DNA from: Obrimoposthia wandeli
Taxonomy: Eukaryota
Direction: 5' to 3'
Assembly: GCA_977020255.1 (NCBI GenBank)
Contig: CDROCS010002027.1
Coordinates: forward strand, 62,001-126,000
Length of the DNA stretch: 64,000 nt
The notes beneath the pieces are model-generated. The model did no database searches and was not told the origin of the DNA. It was given only the letters and a program-made list of their open reading frames with translations. A program made the translations under genes and the position numbers. Of this stretch, positions 39,605-51,226 are shown piece after piece (the stretch's first letter is position 1; each line of letters opens with the position of its first letter).

Positions 39605-40687
39605 TTAACCGTAACTTTTTTCAAAATCTTGCATAAATTCAACTAGAGCATCTACTGATTCTTCTGATACCGCATTGTAGATACTCGCTCGCATTCCACC
39701 TGCCGCTTTGTGCCCTTTTAAGTTCAATAAATCAGCTTGTGTCGATAGCTCTAAAAATTTATCATCTAAGCCAGGAACAGCAATATTAAAAGGCACATTC
39801 ATTAACGAGCGATTAGCATGCTTAATAGCATTAGTATAAAAATCACTATTATCAATAGCAGCATATAACTTAGCTGCTTTGCGACGATTTACTTGTTCAA
39901 TTGCCGCCACGCCACCACGAGATAATAACCATTCAAATACTAAACCAGATAAATACCAAGCAAAGGTAGGAGGCGTGTTAGACATTGACTCTGCTTGTGA
40001 ATGCACTTGATAGTTGTACATTTTTGGAATGTTTGTTTGCGCTTTTCCCAACAGATCATCGCGAATGATAACCACTGTTAATCCAGCTGGGCCAATATTT
40101 TTCTGTGCGCCGGCATAAATCATTCCGAAGTTTGAAACATCAATTTCTTTAGATAATATATCTGATGACATATCGGCAACTAAAGGAACATCACCCGTTT
40201 GCGGAACATAGTCAAAACTCAAACCACCGACTGTTTCATTACTAGCATAATGAAGGTAAGCCACATCTGAATTTAAAGTTAGCTCAGATTGCTCTGGCAC
40301 AGATAGGTAATTACGCTCAGCGGCTGTTGCTATAACTTGTACATTAGAAAAACGCTGTGCTTCTACAATAGATTTACTAGACCACATGCCTGTTTCAATA
40401 TAAGCAGTGTTTTGATCAGCTCTGGCTAAGTTGAGCGGTATCATGGCAAACTGACTGGTCGCTCCGCCTTGTAGAAACAACACTTTGTAATTATTAGGTA
40501 TTTTTAGCAAATCTCTAAAATCTGCTTCTGCCTTTTGCGCCACTGCAACAAACTCTTTGCTGCGATGACTCATTTCCATGATAGAGAGGCCTTTTTGGTT
40601 CCAATCTAACAATTCACTTTGCGCACGCTCAAGCACTTCGCTTGGTATTGCAGCAGGCCCAGCACTAAAATTATGCTTACGAAACAT
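39605..40687 (-). CDS. serC: Phosphoserine aminotransferase
   Basis: NFSAGPA, FLQGGA, SNETVGG, GAQKNIGPAG, NTPPTF and GGMRASIYNA. Confidence 0.97.
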   Translation of the reverse strand: MFRKHNFSAGPAAIPSEVLERAQSELLDWNQKGLSIMEMSHRSKEFVAVAQKAEADFRDLLKIPNNYKVLFLQGGATSQFAMIPLNLARADQNTAYIETGMWSSKSIVEAQRFSNVQVIATAAERNYLSVPEQSELTLNSDVAYLHYASNETVGGLSFDYVPQTGDVPLVADMSSDILSKEIDVSNFGMIYAGAQKNIGPAGLTVVIIRDDLLGKAQTNIPKMYNYQVHSQAESMSNTPPTFAWYLSGLVFEWLLSRGGVAAIEQVNRRKAAKLYAAIDNSDFYTNAIKHANRSLMNVPFNIAVPGLDDKFLELSTQADLLNLKGHKAAGGMRASIYNAVSEESVDALVEFMQDFEKSYG

Positions 40688-40740
40688 TTAACAAATCCTT
40701 AGCTAAAAATACAACATAATAAAACAGCTCGCTTAAAATT

Positions 40741-40762
40741 AAAAATGCGGCCTAAGCCGCAC
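40741..40762 (-). terminator. Terminator-like hairpin after gyrA
   Basis: On the minus strand, GTGCGGC-TTAG-GCCGCAT-TTTT. Confidence 0.7.
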
Positions 40763-40785
40763 TATTTAAGAAGCAATTGACAACA

Positions 40786-43407
40786 TTACTGACGCTCATC
40801 GCTATCAGATTCAACCTCGTCAGAAACAACTGGTTGCTCAGTTTGAGCCTCTAGTAATTCCTCTAGTTCGTCATCTTCACTTGGCTCTTCGATGCGCGCA
40901 ATACCAACTAAGCTTTCACCGTCAACGACACGTATCAAACGAACACCTTGAGTATTTCGCCCTAACACACCAATTTCACTAGTACGTGTACGAACCATAG
41001 TACCTTGATCACTAATTAGCATGACATCATCACCAGAGAATACTTGTACAGCACCCGCTAATTCACCATTTCGATCAGTACACTGTTGTCCGATAACCCC
41101 TTGGTTTCCTCTACCCTTACAAGGGAAATCAGAAACTTCAGTTTGCTTACCGAAACCGCGTTCTGAAGCCGTCAAAATTTTCCCGTCTTCTTTAGGGATA
41201 ATTAATGAGATAACTTTAGCGCCATCTTTCATCTTAACGCCACGCACACCACGAGCTGTTCTACCCATTGCGCGTACGTCTGTTTCATGGAATCTAGCGG
41301 CCTTACCTGCCGTTGTTACCAGTAAAATATCGTCATCACCTTCTGTGATAGCTGCGCCAATTAATGCATCATCATCTAGTAAATCAACTGCGATCAAACC
41401 TGAACTACGAGGTCTGGCAAAATTTACTAGCGATGTTTTCTTAACAGTGCCGCTGGCGGTTGCCATAAACACAAAACGATCTTCAGAATACTCATTCACC
41501 GGCAATATAGTAGAGATACGTTCACCCTCTGCTAACGGTAAAATATTAACAATAGGCCTTCCTCTCGCTGCACGTGATGCAACCGGAATTTCAAACACCT
41601 TCAACCAATACACTTTACCTAAATTACTGAAACATAAAATAGTATCATGGGTGCTAGCTATCAATAGATGCTCAACAAAATCTTCATCTTTAACCGCAGT
41701 GACTGATTTACCTTTACCACCACGACGCTGTGCTTGGTAGTCAGTTAAAGGTTGAGTTTTAGCGTAACCACCATGAGAAATAGTAACCACCATATCTTCT
41801 TCAGTAATTAAATCCGCAACCGTTAAATCTAGGCGAGATGAAATAATTTCCGTTTTGCGCTCATCTCCGTATTCTTCAATAATGGCCCTTAACTCTTCAC
41901 GAATAACATCCATTAGCACTTCAAACGAGCCTAAAATCTTCAAGAAACCGGCAATTTGTTCTAGTAACTCAGTATATTCAGCAATTAATTTCTCATGCTC
42001 TAAGCCTGTCAAACGGTGCAGTCGTAAATCTAAAATGGCCTGTGCTTGGACCGGAGATAAGTGGTACTTACCATCGATCATTCCGTACTGTTCTTCTAAA
42101 TCATCCGGACGACAAGCATGCTCACCCGCAACCGCTAACATATCGCTAACAGAACCTGGAGCCCAAGAGTTATTCAATAATCGCTCTTTTGCATCAGCAG
42201 GAGAATCAGATGTTTTGATCATCTGTATAACAGGATCAATATTCGCAAGTGCTATCGCCAAACCTTCTAATACATGCCCACGCTCACGCGCTTTGCGCAA
42301 TAAATAAACAGTACGACGAGTAACCACTTCACGGCGATGGCGAATAAAGTTCACCATGATCTCTTTCAGGTTAAGCACTTTAGGCTGACCATCAACCAAT
42401 GCCACCATGTTTATGCCAAAAACGCCTTCCATTTGCGTTTGTGCAAACAGGTTGTTAGCAATAACTTCTGGCACTTCGCCACGGCGTAATTCAATAACGA
42501 TACGCATACCATCTTTATCAGACTCGTCACGTAGCTCAGTGATACCTTCCAGCTTTTTATCTTTTACAAGCTCAGCTATTTTTTCTATTAAGCGCGCTTT
42601 ATTTAACTGGTACGGAATTTCAGTAACAATAATTGCTTGCTTTCCAGCAGCATTAACATCTTCAATATGAAATTTAGAGCGCAAATAAATGCGACCGCGA
42701 CCCGTACGGTAAGCAAGTAAAATACCTGCTCTACCATTGATAATAGCTCCTGTTGGGAAGTCAGGTCCTGGGATATATTCCATCAACCCATCAACATCTA
42801 ACTCTGGGTTGTCAATCAACGCTAAACAACCGTTCACTACTTCTGTTAGGTTGTGAGGCGGGATATTAGTCGCCATACCAACTGCAATACCGGATGATCC
42901 GTTAAGCAACAAGTTGGGTAAGCGTGTCGGTAAAACTTCTGGAATCTGAATAGTGCCATCATAGTTAGGCACATAATCGACTGTTTCTTTGTCTAGATCT
43001 GCGAGTAAATCGTGAGAGATTTTGCGCATTCTAATTTCGGTATAACGCATAGCAGCGGCAGAGTCGCCATCAACAGATCCAAAATTTCCCTGACCGTCTA
43101 CTAGCATATAGCGCAGAGAAAAACTTTGCGCCATACGTACAATTGTATCGTAAACAGCACTATCACCATGTGGGTGGTACTTACCTATTACGTCCCCTAC
43201 TACACGTGCTGATTTTAAATAGGGCTTGTTCCAATCGTTTTTCAATTCGTTCATCGCGAACAATACGCGTCGATGCACAGGCTTTAAGCCATCTCGAACA
43301 TCTGGTAGGGCTCGGCCTACGATAACTGACATTGCATAATCGAGATAAGATTGTTTCATCTCATCTTCAATGTTAACCGGTACAACCTGTTTTACTAAAT
43401 CACCCAT
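40786..43407 (-). CDS. gyrA: DNA gyrase subunit A
   Basis: [17 protein letters not shown] and GyrA box QRRGGKG; C-terminal pinwheel and acidic tail. Confidence 0.99.
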   Translation of the reverse strand: MGDLVKQVVPVNIEDEMKQSYLDYAMSVIVGRALPDVRDGLKPVHRRVLFAMNELKNDWNKPYLKSARVVGDVIGKYHPHGDSAVYDTIVRMAQSFSLRYMLVDGQGNFGSVDGDSAAAMRYTEIRMRKISHDLLADLDKETVDYVPNYDGTIQIPEVLPTRLPNLLLNGSSGIAVGMATNIPPHNLTEVVNGCLALIDNPELDVDGLMEYIPGPDFPTGAIINGRAGILLAYRTGRGRIYLRSKFHIEDVNAAGKQAIIVTEIPYQLNKARLIEKIAELVKDKKLEGITELRDESDKDGMRIVIELRRGEVPEVIANNLFAQTQMEGVFGINMVALVDGQPKVLNLKEIMVNFIRHRREVVTRRTVYLLRKARERGHVLEGLAIALANIDPVIQMIKTSDSPADAKERLLNNSWAPGSVSDMLAVAGEHACRPDDLEEQYGMIDGKYHLSPVQAQAILDLRLHRLTGLEHEKLIAEYTELLEQIAGFLKILGSFEVLMDVIREELRAIIEEYGDERKTEIISSRLDLTVADLITEEDMVVTISHGGYAKTQPLTDYQAQRRGGKGKSVTAVKDEDFVEHLLIASTHDTILCFSNLGKVYWLKVFEIPVASRAARGRPIVNILPLAEGERISTILPVNEYSEDRFVFMATASGTVKKTSLVNFARPRSSGLIAVDLLDDDALIGAAITEGDDDILLVTTAGKAARFHETDVRAMGRTARGVRGVKMKDGAKVISLIIPKEDGKILTASERGFGKQTEVSDFPCKGRGNQGVIGQQCTDRNGELAGAVQVFSGDDVMLISDQGTMVRTRTSEIGVLGRNTQGVRLIRVVDGESLVGIARIEEPSEDDELEELLEAQTEQPVVSDEVESDSDERQ

Positions 43408-43801
43408 AAATCACAGCATTCCTTGATCGGTCTGTCACTGGTAAATTTCATCTGACGATACTATTTAGCGCCAATTTTAACCGCGAGATTGTACCACAAA
43501 AAATAACTGACAAACACTGTGAGAATTAATGTTCCCAAAAAAAGAAAATCGTATTTAAAATCATAATGTTATTTTTGATAAGGGGCGCACTAAAGAAGAA
43601 CATGAACACTAGCCTAATCTTTATTTGACTAGAGCTTCAATTCAAATATACAAACCAGCAATTTATAATCGGCAACTACTACTGTCATCTAGATTGGTAA
43701 TAATTTATCTTTTTTTGAATGTTAATTTTTGCCATGAAATAGCTGTTACAAGAAAGGGATATAGATTAGTAATGTGAGAACATAAGAAAATAGATATTGG
43801 A

Positions 43802-43911
43802 AGCAGTCCTGCCAGCCACATCTCGGCACATGAAGCTATCGCTGTGGCTGCTCCCTTCCAGGCCTGACCAGGTTCACGATGTATCATTGCGAGAGGACCG
43901 ACAGAACTACC
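43802..43911 (-). ncRNA. ffs: Signal recognition particle RNA (4.5S)
   Basis: The minus strand contains GGTCAGGCCTGGAAGGGAGCAGCC and TGTGCCGAGATGTGGCTGGCAGG, matching the small bacterial SRP RNA; the 5' and 3' ends pair. Confidence 0.95.
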
Positions 43912-44078
43912 ATAGTTCAGCGGGATCCGCTTGTTCTCTGTTAAGAGAGCGCGCAGTATACCAGCCTAATTTAAAAATGCAAAAACAATTCTCTAGAATA
44001 AATATTTATTTTACAACAACAAATTTAGTGCTTAATAATCAATCACTTTTATCAAATAACCAGGGATTAAGCTGTTAT

Positions 44079-45008
44079 TCAAACCTTTCTAGCGGCCAAT
44101 ATTTTTTGCTTTATCCATTTATGTAACGGGTCATTATGAAACCGTGCATGCCAAAACAAACGAAACTCAACATTTGGTTTATACAACTCTTGAGGAAGCT
44201 TTTTAGTCACCACCTGCCTTCCAATCAAACTTTGTTCAATAAGCTGTAAAGGCAACATAAATATTATGTTAGTTTTTTCACAGTACTCAACAACCGATTT
44301 AAAATCTGACACTTTTAAAACCACTTCCCGCTTTAAGCCCATTGTTTGTAAATAACTATCTAAAAAAGTAGAACCCTTTCCTGTAATAGCAACATAACCA
44401 TGCTTAGCGTTTAGATAACTGTTCATCGTCAACAGCTGATGACTTAGCGGGTTCTGCTTGCCCATCACAGCCACAAGCTCAGACTCCCCTAAACGACATG
44501 AATGAATATTTTCTTGATCAAATTCTAAATCAAAACCAGAAACAACAAAGTCTGCCCGACCTTTTGAAAGATGCTCAAAATAATCGGCTTGCATACAAGA
44601 CACTTCAATTTTCAATTCAGGCGCCTCTAACATAACTTCTTGTACTAGCTGTGGCATATCAATCCAAGCCTCTAAATCAACACCTGCAAAACACAATCCT
44701 CCCTTGCTATTAGCAGGATTGAACTCAGGCTCTTGAATGAGTGTTGTCAAAGTTTGTAGCACATGGGAAAGTTCGGTTGATAGCTTTGCTGCTCTATTAG
44801 ACAAGCTGTAACCTTCAACGCTCTTAACTAATAACTGGTCATTAAACAACACTCGCAGTCTTTGCAACGCCCTACTGACCGCAGATTGACTCATATGGAG
44901 CTTTTCAGCAGCTCTAGTTACATGCTTTTCTTGTAACAAAGCCTCCAAAATAGTCAACAAATTTAAATCAATCGATCGTAAATTCACCTTACGCATGATG
45001 CGCATCAC
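44079..45008 (-). CDS. LysR-family regulator divergent from yceJ-yceI
   Basis: DLNLL...HVTRAAEKLHMSQSAVSRALQRLR HTH; WHARFHNDPLHKW. Confidence 0.94.
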   Translation of the reverse strand: MMRIMRKVNLRSIDLNLLTILEALLQEKHVTRAAEKLHMSQSAVSRALQRLRVLFNDQLLVKSVEGYSLSNRAAKLSTELSHVLQTLTTLIQEPEFNPANSKGGLCFAGVDLEAWIDMPQLVQEVMLEAPELKIEVSCMQADYFEHLSKGRADFVVSGFDLEFDQENIHSCRLGESELVAVMGKQNPLSHQLLTMNSYLNAKHGYVAITGKGSTFLDSYLQTMGLKREVVLKVSDFKSVVEYCEKTNIIFMLPLQLIEQSLIGRQVVTKKLPQELYKPNVEFRLFWHARFHNDPLHKWIKQKILAARKV

Positions 45009-45332
45009 CTTTATGCATTTGACGCCTTAATAATATCGATTTACAGTGTACTTATCTAGTAATGCTAGTAGTTTGCAATTAAATCTAGAGCTATTAAATA
45101 ACGCTCAGGCACTAGATCACTAAACATGACCTTAATTACATTTAATTTATTAACATTTAAATGAATTTATTAAGGAACCTAAGGTCAATCTAATTCAATG
45201 ATTGTTATTTGTATTTATGTCACTTAAGCCCATAAAGCAATCAGCAGAACAGAATGGATATAAAGCCGACTTTTTTTAAAAGTGACTACACGCTTTTTAG
45301 CAATTGATTATGTAATTTAAAAATGGACATTT

Positions 45333-45902
45333 ATGAGTTTAGTTAGCAATACAAGAAACACTCAACATCAATACGGATGGGTATCAATTATCATCCACTG
45401 GATACTCGTACTGCCTATTATTGGTTTATTTGCACTGGGTCTGTATATGATGGACTTAAGTTATTATGACAACTTATACACTTTTGCCCCAAAAGTTCAT
45501 GAAGCCATTGGTATTGTTATTCTTATTATAATGCTGTTTCGAGTATTCTGGAAACTTACCAATATCACACCTGATGCACCAAAAACCAATTCTAAATTAA
45601 TCAATACTGCCAGTAATCTAGCCCATCTCGGCTTATATTTACTGACCTTTTTGATTTTAATAACAGGGCTATGCATTTCTTTTGCAGGTGGCCAAGGAAT
45701 TGAAATTTTCGACTGGTTTACCATTCCAGGTCCCGCTGAGCTATTTGAAAACCAAGCTTCACTTACCGGCGAAATTCATCTTATCGCGGCATACATACTC
45801 ATAGCTTTAGTGGTTTTACATACTTTAGCTGCTTTCAAACATCACTTTTTTGATAAAGACACAACTCTTAGCAATATGCTGGGAATCAAGGAGAAACAAT
45901 GA
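45333..45902 (+). CDS. yceJ: Cytochrome b561 family protein
   Basis: YG..SII.HW, VHEAIG, AHLGLY, IH.I.AY and H...A.KHHF heme-ligand histidines. Confidence 0.88.
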   Translation: MSLVSNTRNTQHQYGWVSIIIHWILVLPIIGLFALGLYMMDLSYYDNLYTFAPKVHEAIGIVILIIMLFRVFWKLTNITPDAPKTNSKLINTASNLAHLGLYLLTFLILITGLCISFAGGQGIEIFDWFTIPGPAELFENQASLTGEIHLIAAYILIALVVLHTLAAFKHHFFDKDTTLSNMLGIKEKQ

Positions 45903-46483
45903 AAAATTTAATTAAAAATACGATACTAGCAACCAGTATTACTCTTTTAAGCACCGCTGCCTTTGCTGCAGACTTCACTATTGACAGCACTTCGGGGGGC
46001 GCACACGCCCAGATCGATGTTGCTGTTAGCCATTTAGGCATCAGCTATTCTAAAGGCCGCTTCAATAGCTTTGAAGGAACATTTAGTTACGATAAAGATC
46101 AACCAAACGCTTCAAAAGTCAGCGTTACAATAGATACATCAAGTTACGACTCAAACCATGCTAAGCGTGACAAGCACGTTCAAAGTGGTGACTTCTTAGA
46201 CGTAGCTAAGTACCCAAAAGCGACCTTTGAGAGCACCAATATTGCCGATAAAGGCGATAATATGCTTTCAGTGACAGGTGATTTCACTTTGCACGGAAAA
46301 ACTAAATCGATCACTTTCGCAGCTAAAAAACTAGGCGAAGGTACTGACCCATGGGGTGGATACCGTGCTGGATTTGAAGGTAGTAGCGAAATGAAGTTCT
46401 CTGATTTTGGAATTGATGCTATGAAAAAAATTGGTACAGACCAATTCAACGTAAGCTTCTTTATTGAAGGTGTGCGCAAGTAA
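45899..46483 (+). CDS. yceI: YceI family polyisoprenoid-binding protein
   Basis: SHLGIS...GRFN, RDKH...DFLDVAKYP.ATF, GDFTLHG and DPWGGYRAGF. Confidence 0.94.
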   Translation: MKNLIKNTILATSITLLSTAAFAADFTIDSTSGGAHAQIDVAVSHLGISYSKGRFNSFEGTFSYDKDQPNASKVSVTIDTSSYDSNHAKRDKHVQSGDFLDVAKYPKATFESTNIADKGDNMLSVTGDFTLHGKTKSITFAAKKLGEGTDPWGGYRAGFEGSSEMKFSDFGIDAMKKIGTDQFNVSFFIEGVRK

Positions 46484-46499
46484 TATCGCCTCTTCAGCA

Positions 46500-46524
46500 A
46501 GCACCTGTATCAGCTACAGGTGCT
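46500..46524 (+). terminator. Hairpin after yceI
   Basis: AGCACCTGTA-TCAGC-TACAGGTGCT. Confidence 0.65.
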
Positions 46525-46765
46525 GTATTACTATTTCTTTAAGCATTTATATCACCTTTTTTTTGCTAGATATGTAACATGCTCTCTTTAATAAACTTCT
46601 TCCGCACTCTTTTCGTCTTCTTGATATCCTATTACCCGCATTGCTACTTAATCAACAATCGACTTAGACATTAAGTTTTCAATGACATATACAGTCGTAT
46701 AACTTTAAAATGAGCACTACAATTAATAAAGCTCAACAAAAGCACTTCAATAAAGGTTCAATAAA

Positions 46766-47131
46766 ATGCTATATGTTCTACCCGATTCTGCCGGCGATAT
46801 ATTAGTCGTCCAAGCAACTGGACAATTAACACAAGAAGATTTTCAAGACGTACTCCAAGCGCAGATAAAAAAGCAACTTAAACCTAATCATAGATTGCGC
46901 GTGTTACTCTATTTAGACCATAACCTAGAACAAATAGCCGATACTTCTAACTGGAGCCAAGAAAAGTTCATACAAGCTTGTAACGTTGATGTAATAAGAG
47001 TCGCCATTGTTGCAGATAGCAACTGGCAGAATTGGAGTCAAAACTTTCAACAGCACACTCCAATTGCAAAGCACTTCCGTGTCAGTGATTTTTTAAAAGC
47101 GCTACACTGGCTCGATGAGCCTAATATTTAA
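46766..47131 (+). CDS. SpoIIAA-like (STAS/SEC14) domain protein
   Basis: ATGQLTQEDF, RVAIVAD..W and A..WL pattern. Confidence 0.78.
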   Translation: MLYVLPDSAGDILVVQATGQLTQEDFQDVLQAQIKKQLKPNHRLRVLLYLDHNLEQIADTSNWSQEKFIQACNVDVIRVAIVADSNWQNWSQNFQQHTPIAKHFRVSDFLKALHWLDEPNI

Positions 47132-47132
47132 G

Positions 47133-48869
47133 TTACGACACGCTTTCATGATCGTATTTAGAGCACTCTTTAAATACGTGTTGTGAGCACACTTCACAAA
47201 TACTCGGATTAAGTCTCGGGAATATTGCATCTATAGCCGCTTTCTTACTTTCAAAGAATTGATTTTCTCGAAGAGCCGGCGTTAAACCTAATTTAAATGC
47301 GCGCTGCTTGACACTTGGTTTCATGGCAAAAAAGTACAGTCCTCCACCTTTTGCTTTTAGCTTGCGATCTAAATCAATCAATAAATCGGTACCACTTAGA
47401 TCGATAAAGTTTATACCGCCGCAAATAATGAGTATTTGACTAATTCCAGGATCAACTAACACACTATCAATTCTATTTTGTATATGGTTTACCGAGCCAA
47501 AGTAGATCGACATATCAACACGCAGCACCTTTAATTGTGGACACTGCAAGCCTTCTTCTAACTTTGCCTCAACAAACCGATGCTGCTCTATATTTAATGA
47601 CATCTCTGTAATTTCTGGAGTTGAAGTTTTGGCTAAAAATAAAATCAGGGACATCGTTACCCCTAAATAGATAGCGAACTCTAATTCAAGAAAGAGGGTA
47701 GAAAAAAAAGTAATCAGTAATACTGATGATTCCGCTTTACTGGTTTTTAATATTTTCTTGATGTGCTCAAAATCAACCAAATTATAAGCAACCAATAAAA
47801 TAACTCCGCCCATCGCCGCTACAGGCAAATAAGCAGTTAATGGTGCGATTAACAAAACAATTATTACTAAAAACAGTGCTGCAAATATTGCTGACAACCC
47901 AGATTTCGCACCCGCCGAGTAATTAACTCCCGAACGGGTGAATGATCCAGAACCCGCATAACAAGAGAAAAAGCTACCCACTATATTTGATAGCCCCTGC
48001 CCCAAGAACTCTTGGTTTGGATAGATACGCTGGTGCGACTTAATAGCAATAGCGCGACTAATGGAAACAGCTTCAATAAGCCCTAAAAGCGCGATAGCAA
48101 ATGCTTCTGGAGCCAAAAGCTGCAGTGTTCCTAGCGAAAGATCCGGCATAGACAATGGCGGCAAACCTGCTGGTATCTCTCCAACTAAAACAATGCCTGA
48201 GCCATTTCCAAAATACAAAGCCAACAAACTGCCTGCAACCATCGCTACCAATAAATTGGGGATCTTTGGGAGCGACAATTTCACCATAATAGCAACTAGT
48301 AAAGTAATTAAACCGACTGCAAAAACAGACCAATTAATCAAACCTATATCTACAATAGTGTGAAACCAACTTTGCACAAACGACAAACCTTGTTTAGTCG
48401 GTATACCGGTAATATGCTTAATTTGGCTAGTGGCAATTAAGATTGCAGCACCCGCTGTGAAGCCAATAACAACAGTATGCGAAACAAAGTCTACTAGTTT
48501 GCCCAAACGCGCCAAACCGAAACCAAGTTGATAAACACCTGCCATTAAAGTCAATGTCAGTGCCATTGACACGAACTCTGGAGTACCAGGTTCGGCGTAA
48601 CCACTTATCGCTGAAAAAACTACTATAGAGATAGCGGTTGTTGGCCCTGATATCAAATGCCTAGAAGAGCCAAATAATGCAGCGATAACTGGCGTTACCA
48701 TTGCCGTATATAAACCATATTCAGGAGGTAGCCCTGCAATAGTCGCAAAAGCAACACCTTGGGGCAAAACGATTACAGCACCTGTTAGACCTGCAAAAAA
48801 ATCTGCTTTAACATCTTGAAACGTCAGACACTTAAACCAAACCAAGAAAGGAAGAAATCGATTATGCAT
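47133..48869 (-). CDS. SulP-family anion permease with C-terminal STAS domain
   Basis: DFFAGLT...LPQGVAFA..AG, GSSRHL..GPT, NQEFLGQG and FIDLSG. Confidence 0.95.
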   Translation of the reverse strand: MHNRFLPFLVWFKCLTFQDVKADFFAGLTGAVIVLPQGVAFATIAGLPPEYGLYTAMVTPVIAALFGSSRHLISGPTTAISIVVFSAISGYAEPGTPEFVSMALTLTLMAGVYQLGFGLARLGKLVDFVSHTVVIGFTAGAAILIATSQIKHITGIPTKQGLSFVQSWFHTIVDIGLINWSVFAVGLITLLVAIMVKLSLPKIPNLLVAMVAGSLLALYFGNGSGIVLVGEIPAGLPPLSMPDLSLGTLQLLAPEAFAIALLGLIEAVSISRAIAIKSHQRIYPNQEFLGQGLSNIVGSFFSCYAGSGSFTRSGVNYSAGAKSGLSAIFAALFLVIIVLLIAPLTAYLPVAAMGGVILLVAYNLVDFEHIKKILKTSKAESSVLLITFFSTLFLELEFAIYLGVTMSLILFLAKTSTPEITEMSLNIEQHRFVEAKLEEGLQCPQLKVLRVDMSIYFGSVNHIQNRIDSVLVDPGISQILIICGGINFIDLSGTDLLIDLDRKLKAKGGGLYFFAMKPSVKQRAFKLGLTPALRENQFFESKKAAIDAIFPRLNPSICEVCSQHVFKECSKYDHESVS

Positions 48870-49345
48870 TTATATACCAAAATTAACTCAAGCAGATGGG
48901 GAGATTAAGATAGGCTAGCTTTCAACATTTATTCATATTCAACCTATTACTATCTTATTAACTGCCAAGTAGTTAGCTAATAATAGGGAATATCAAAAAA
49001 ACTCACAATAATAATCAACTGTTATTAAAGACTAAACAAACAGCAAAAAAAAGAACCAGTTATTATTTTGTAACGGTCCAGAAGCTTTCCTATTTAATAT
49101 TAAACGATATCAATCAACTTCAAAAATAAACCCGGTTCACTTTACATAGCCTATCGAATGATAATAAGACCCGTCAGTAAAAATAACTAACTATCAAATA
49201 TTTAATTGAGCTGGCGAAATAGCACAGTGAGTATTCACCTGTTTATGAGTATTGCTATGCTCGTTAGCTAATAAGTCTATTTTTAACGCCAGATTATAAA
49301 AGAGCATTGATAGGTATTGATTGTCAATGCATGACTAAAAAAAGC

Positions 49346-49825
49346 TCAAACGCTGCCTTTAATACCGAGTTTGAACTGCCCATCTTCAAAAAATTGCACT
49401 GTTTCTTTTCTACGCTTACCTATAAAAATTGGCCCATTATCTAAAAAAAGGAAATTCTTCCAATGGGCCTGCAAAACCTCCCAGGTCGTTTCTATTATAT
49501 TCTCCGCGTGATAACAAAAATACACGACTGTATTCCCTTCCCAATCAATACTTTGATTAATAAGTTTCGGAAAAGCGGTATTATCAGACTCCCAATTATC
49601 TTGCCATGTACCTGCATTCAGCCAGCTACTTTCTTTCAATGGCCAATCTTCTTTTTGAAATAAGTCCGGGTGATTAGCATTTTTGCTGATTAATTGGTGC
49701 CAAATCTGGGTAGAATAACTTTCAGTGAGTGGTTTAATTTGATCTAATAAATTTTCTGGTATTGGCAAATCTTTGTGTTTGAAAAACCATGCGTAACGAT
49801 AATCTTGAAGCGGAATATATTCCAT
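49346..49825 (-). CDS. DUF2947-like conserved protein
   Basis: Y.WFF, IKPL and WKNFLFLDNGP pattern. Confidence 0.7.
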   Translation of the reverse strand: MEYIPLQDYRYAWFFKHKDLPIPENLLDQIKPLTESYSTQIWHQLISKNANHPDLFQKEDWPLKESSWLNAGTWQDNWESDNTAFPKLINQSIDWEGNTVVYFCYHAENIIETTWEVLQAHWKNFLFLDNGPIFIGKRRKETVQFFEDGQFKLGIKGSV

Positions 49826-49952
49826 ACATCTAAAACCCTAATTTTTTTCCATTATAACTAAAATGAGTAGCAACTGAATTCACAACCTTATCCAAAATTG
49901 ATCTACAAGCTTATGTTTATTTTTCATAGCAATGTAAGGCATAATAGCAGTT

Positions 49953-50273
49953 ATGATTAAAAAACTCAGTAAATCAGAAATTAGAACCTCTCTTGATGAT
50001 CAAGTAAATGAATTCCTCAAACAAGGAGGTCATATTCAAAATTACGATCAAGGAGACAGCTCTCTAATCGATGGTCGATATGATAGAAACCAGTTTGTTT
50101 ATGGGCTACCAAAACAGCAACGTACTCCTTTGCCTGATACATTACAAAACATAGACCAACGTAAACCGCACTGCAGTAATACTTCTGCTCCCATTCGTAA
50201 ATTACGCCGAGTTAAAAAAACCATTTACGATGATTTTGGAGAAGCTTTACGCGAGGTATGGGTTGAAGAATAA
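49953..50273 (+). CDS. Conserved-looking small hypothetical protein
   Basis: FLKQGG.I and IYDDFGE.LR.VW motifs; plausible codon usage. Confidence 0.65.
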   Translation: MIKKLSKSEIRTSLDDQVNEFLKQGGHIQNYDQGDSSLIDGRYDRNQFVYGLPKQQRTPLPDTLQNIDQRKPHCSNTSAPIRKLRRVKKTIYDDFGEALREVWVEE

Positions 50274-50611
50274 TCTATTTTTTACTGCAGGCGCGTATAG
50301 CTTATGCTTATTTAAAATCTGATACTAAATTACAACTTTTTAATTTATTTCATTTAAATCAATCTATTACTTATACATCTATACTCAAAAAACTGTTCTA
50401 AAACAATTTTTTTATAAAAAATAACAACTACACTCCCCTTTCATGATAAATAGCGCTATAGTGAATTTGTCAGGAAAATCTGACCTTTAAGTTTTAAACC
50501 TTTTAAACAAAGGAAATATGTGACCTTACAGGCGGCCAATATTAGTCGCTAACTGCAATAGAAACTGTACTTTTAATTTTTAGAAAAGACAGAACAGTTA
50601 AGGAATAACAA

Positions 50612-50971
50612 ATGATCATAAACATTACACATCGTACCGAAAAAGTATCTCCAGCAGTAAAAGAAAAAATCGAAAACTGGCTACATCACAGCCAAGAGCG
50701 ATACGACATTATAAATAGCGCGCAAGTCACCATAGATTCAAATGATAGAGGTGATGAAATAGAAGCGACCTTGCATACTAACGGAAAAGAAGTGTATGCA
50801 AAAACCAGTGCCGCCAACCTCTTTGCCGCCATAGATTCACTTACCGACAAGATAGACCGCCAACTGAGTAAAGTAAAAGATAAAATGAATAGCAAAAAAG
50901 GAGGCCCCAGACACTTAGAGCCAATCCCTGATTCAATAGACGAAGATGAATTAGAATCTCTCCCAGAGTAG
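50612..50971 (+). CDS. hpf: Ribosome hibernation promoting factor (HPF/RaiA family)
   Basis: INIT.R..VS.A.K, EATLH..G..V.A and NLFAAIDSL.DK.DRQL.K.K.K. Confidence 0.88.
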   Translation: MIINITHRTEKVSPAVKEKIENWLHHSQERYDIINSAQVTIDSNDRGDEIEATLHTNGKEVYAKTSAANLFAAIDSLTDKIDRQLSKVKDKMNSKKGGPRHLEPIPDSIDEDELESLPE

Positions 50972-50982
50972 CTTAATGTCAA

Positions 50983-51010
50983 TCCCGAAACTTAACTTTT
51001 AGTTTCGGGA
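50983..51010 (+). terminator. Hairpin after hpf
   Basis: TCCCGAAACT/AGTTTCGGGA. Confidence 0.65.
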
Positions 51011-51181
51011 ATACAGCTTCAAACAACTATCCCTCTTAAAGTACCCCCTATATCATCTTAGTTATTTCTAAAAAGAGTTAAATACCTAACAAACTTATGC
51101 ACAATAAATGCTACATTACGCGTATTTAAATACTCGTTTGTACATTGACAAAATTAACTAATTCACTTAATGTGCATAAAT

Positions 51182-51200
51182 GATAATGATTATTATTATT
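51182..51200 (+). promoter_or_regulatory. Fur box upstream of flavodoxin
   Basis: GATAATGATTATTATTATT matches 16/19 of the consensus GATAATGATAATCATTATC, 26 bp before the start. Confidence 0.75.
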
Positions 51201-51226
51201 CAAACAATTAATTTTTAGGAATACCC

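Noticed and set aside
41021-42670. Long plus-strand ORFs (239, 150 and 87 aa) opposite gyrA
   Set aside because: Antisense shadows of a conserved gene; no recognisable motifs.
43705-44126. ORFs 43705-43887 and 43797-44126
   Set aside because: They overlap the SRP RNA gene and the LysR 3' end; the RNA explains the GC-rich sequence.
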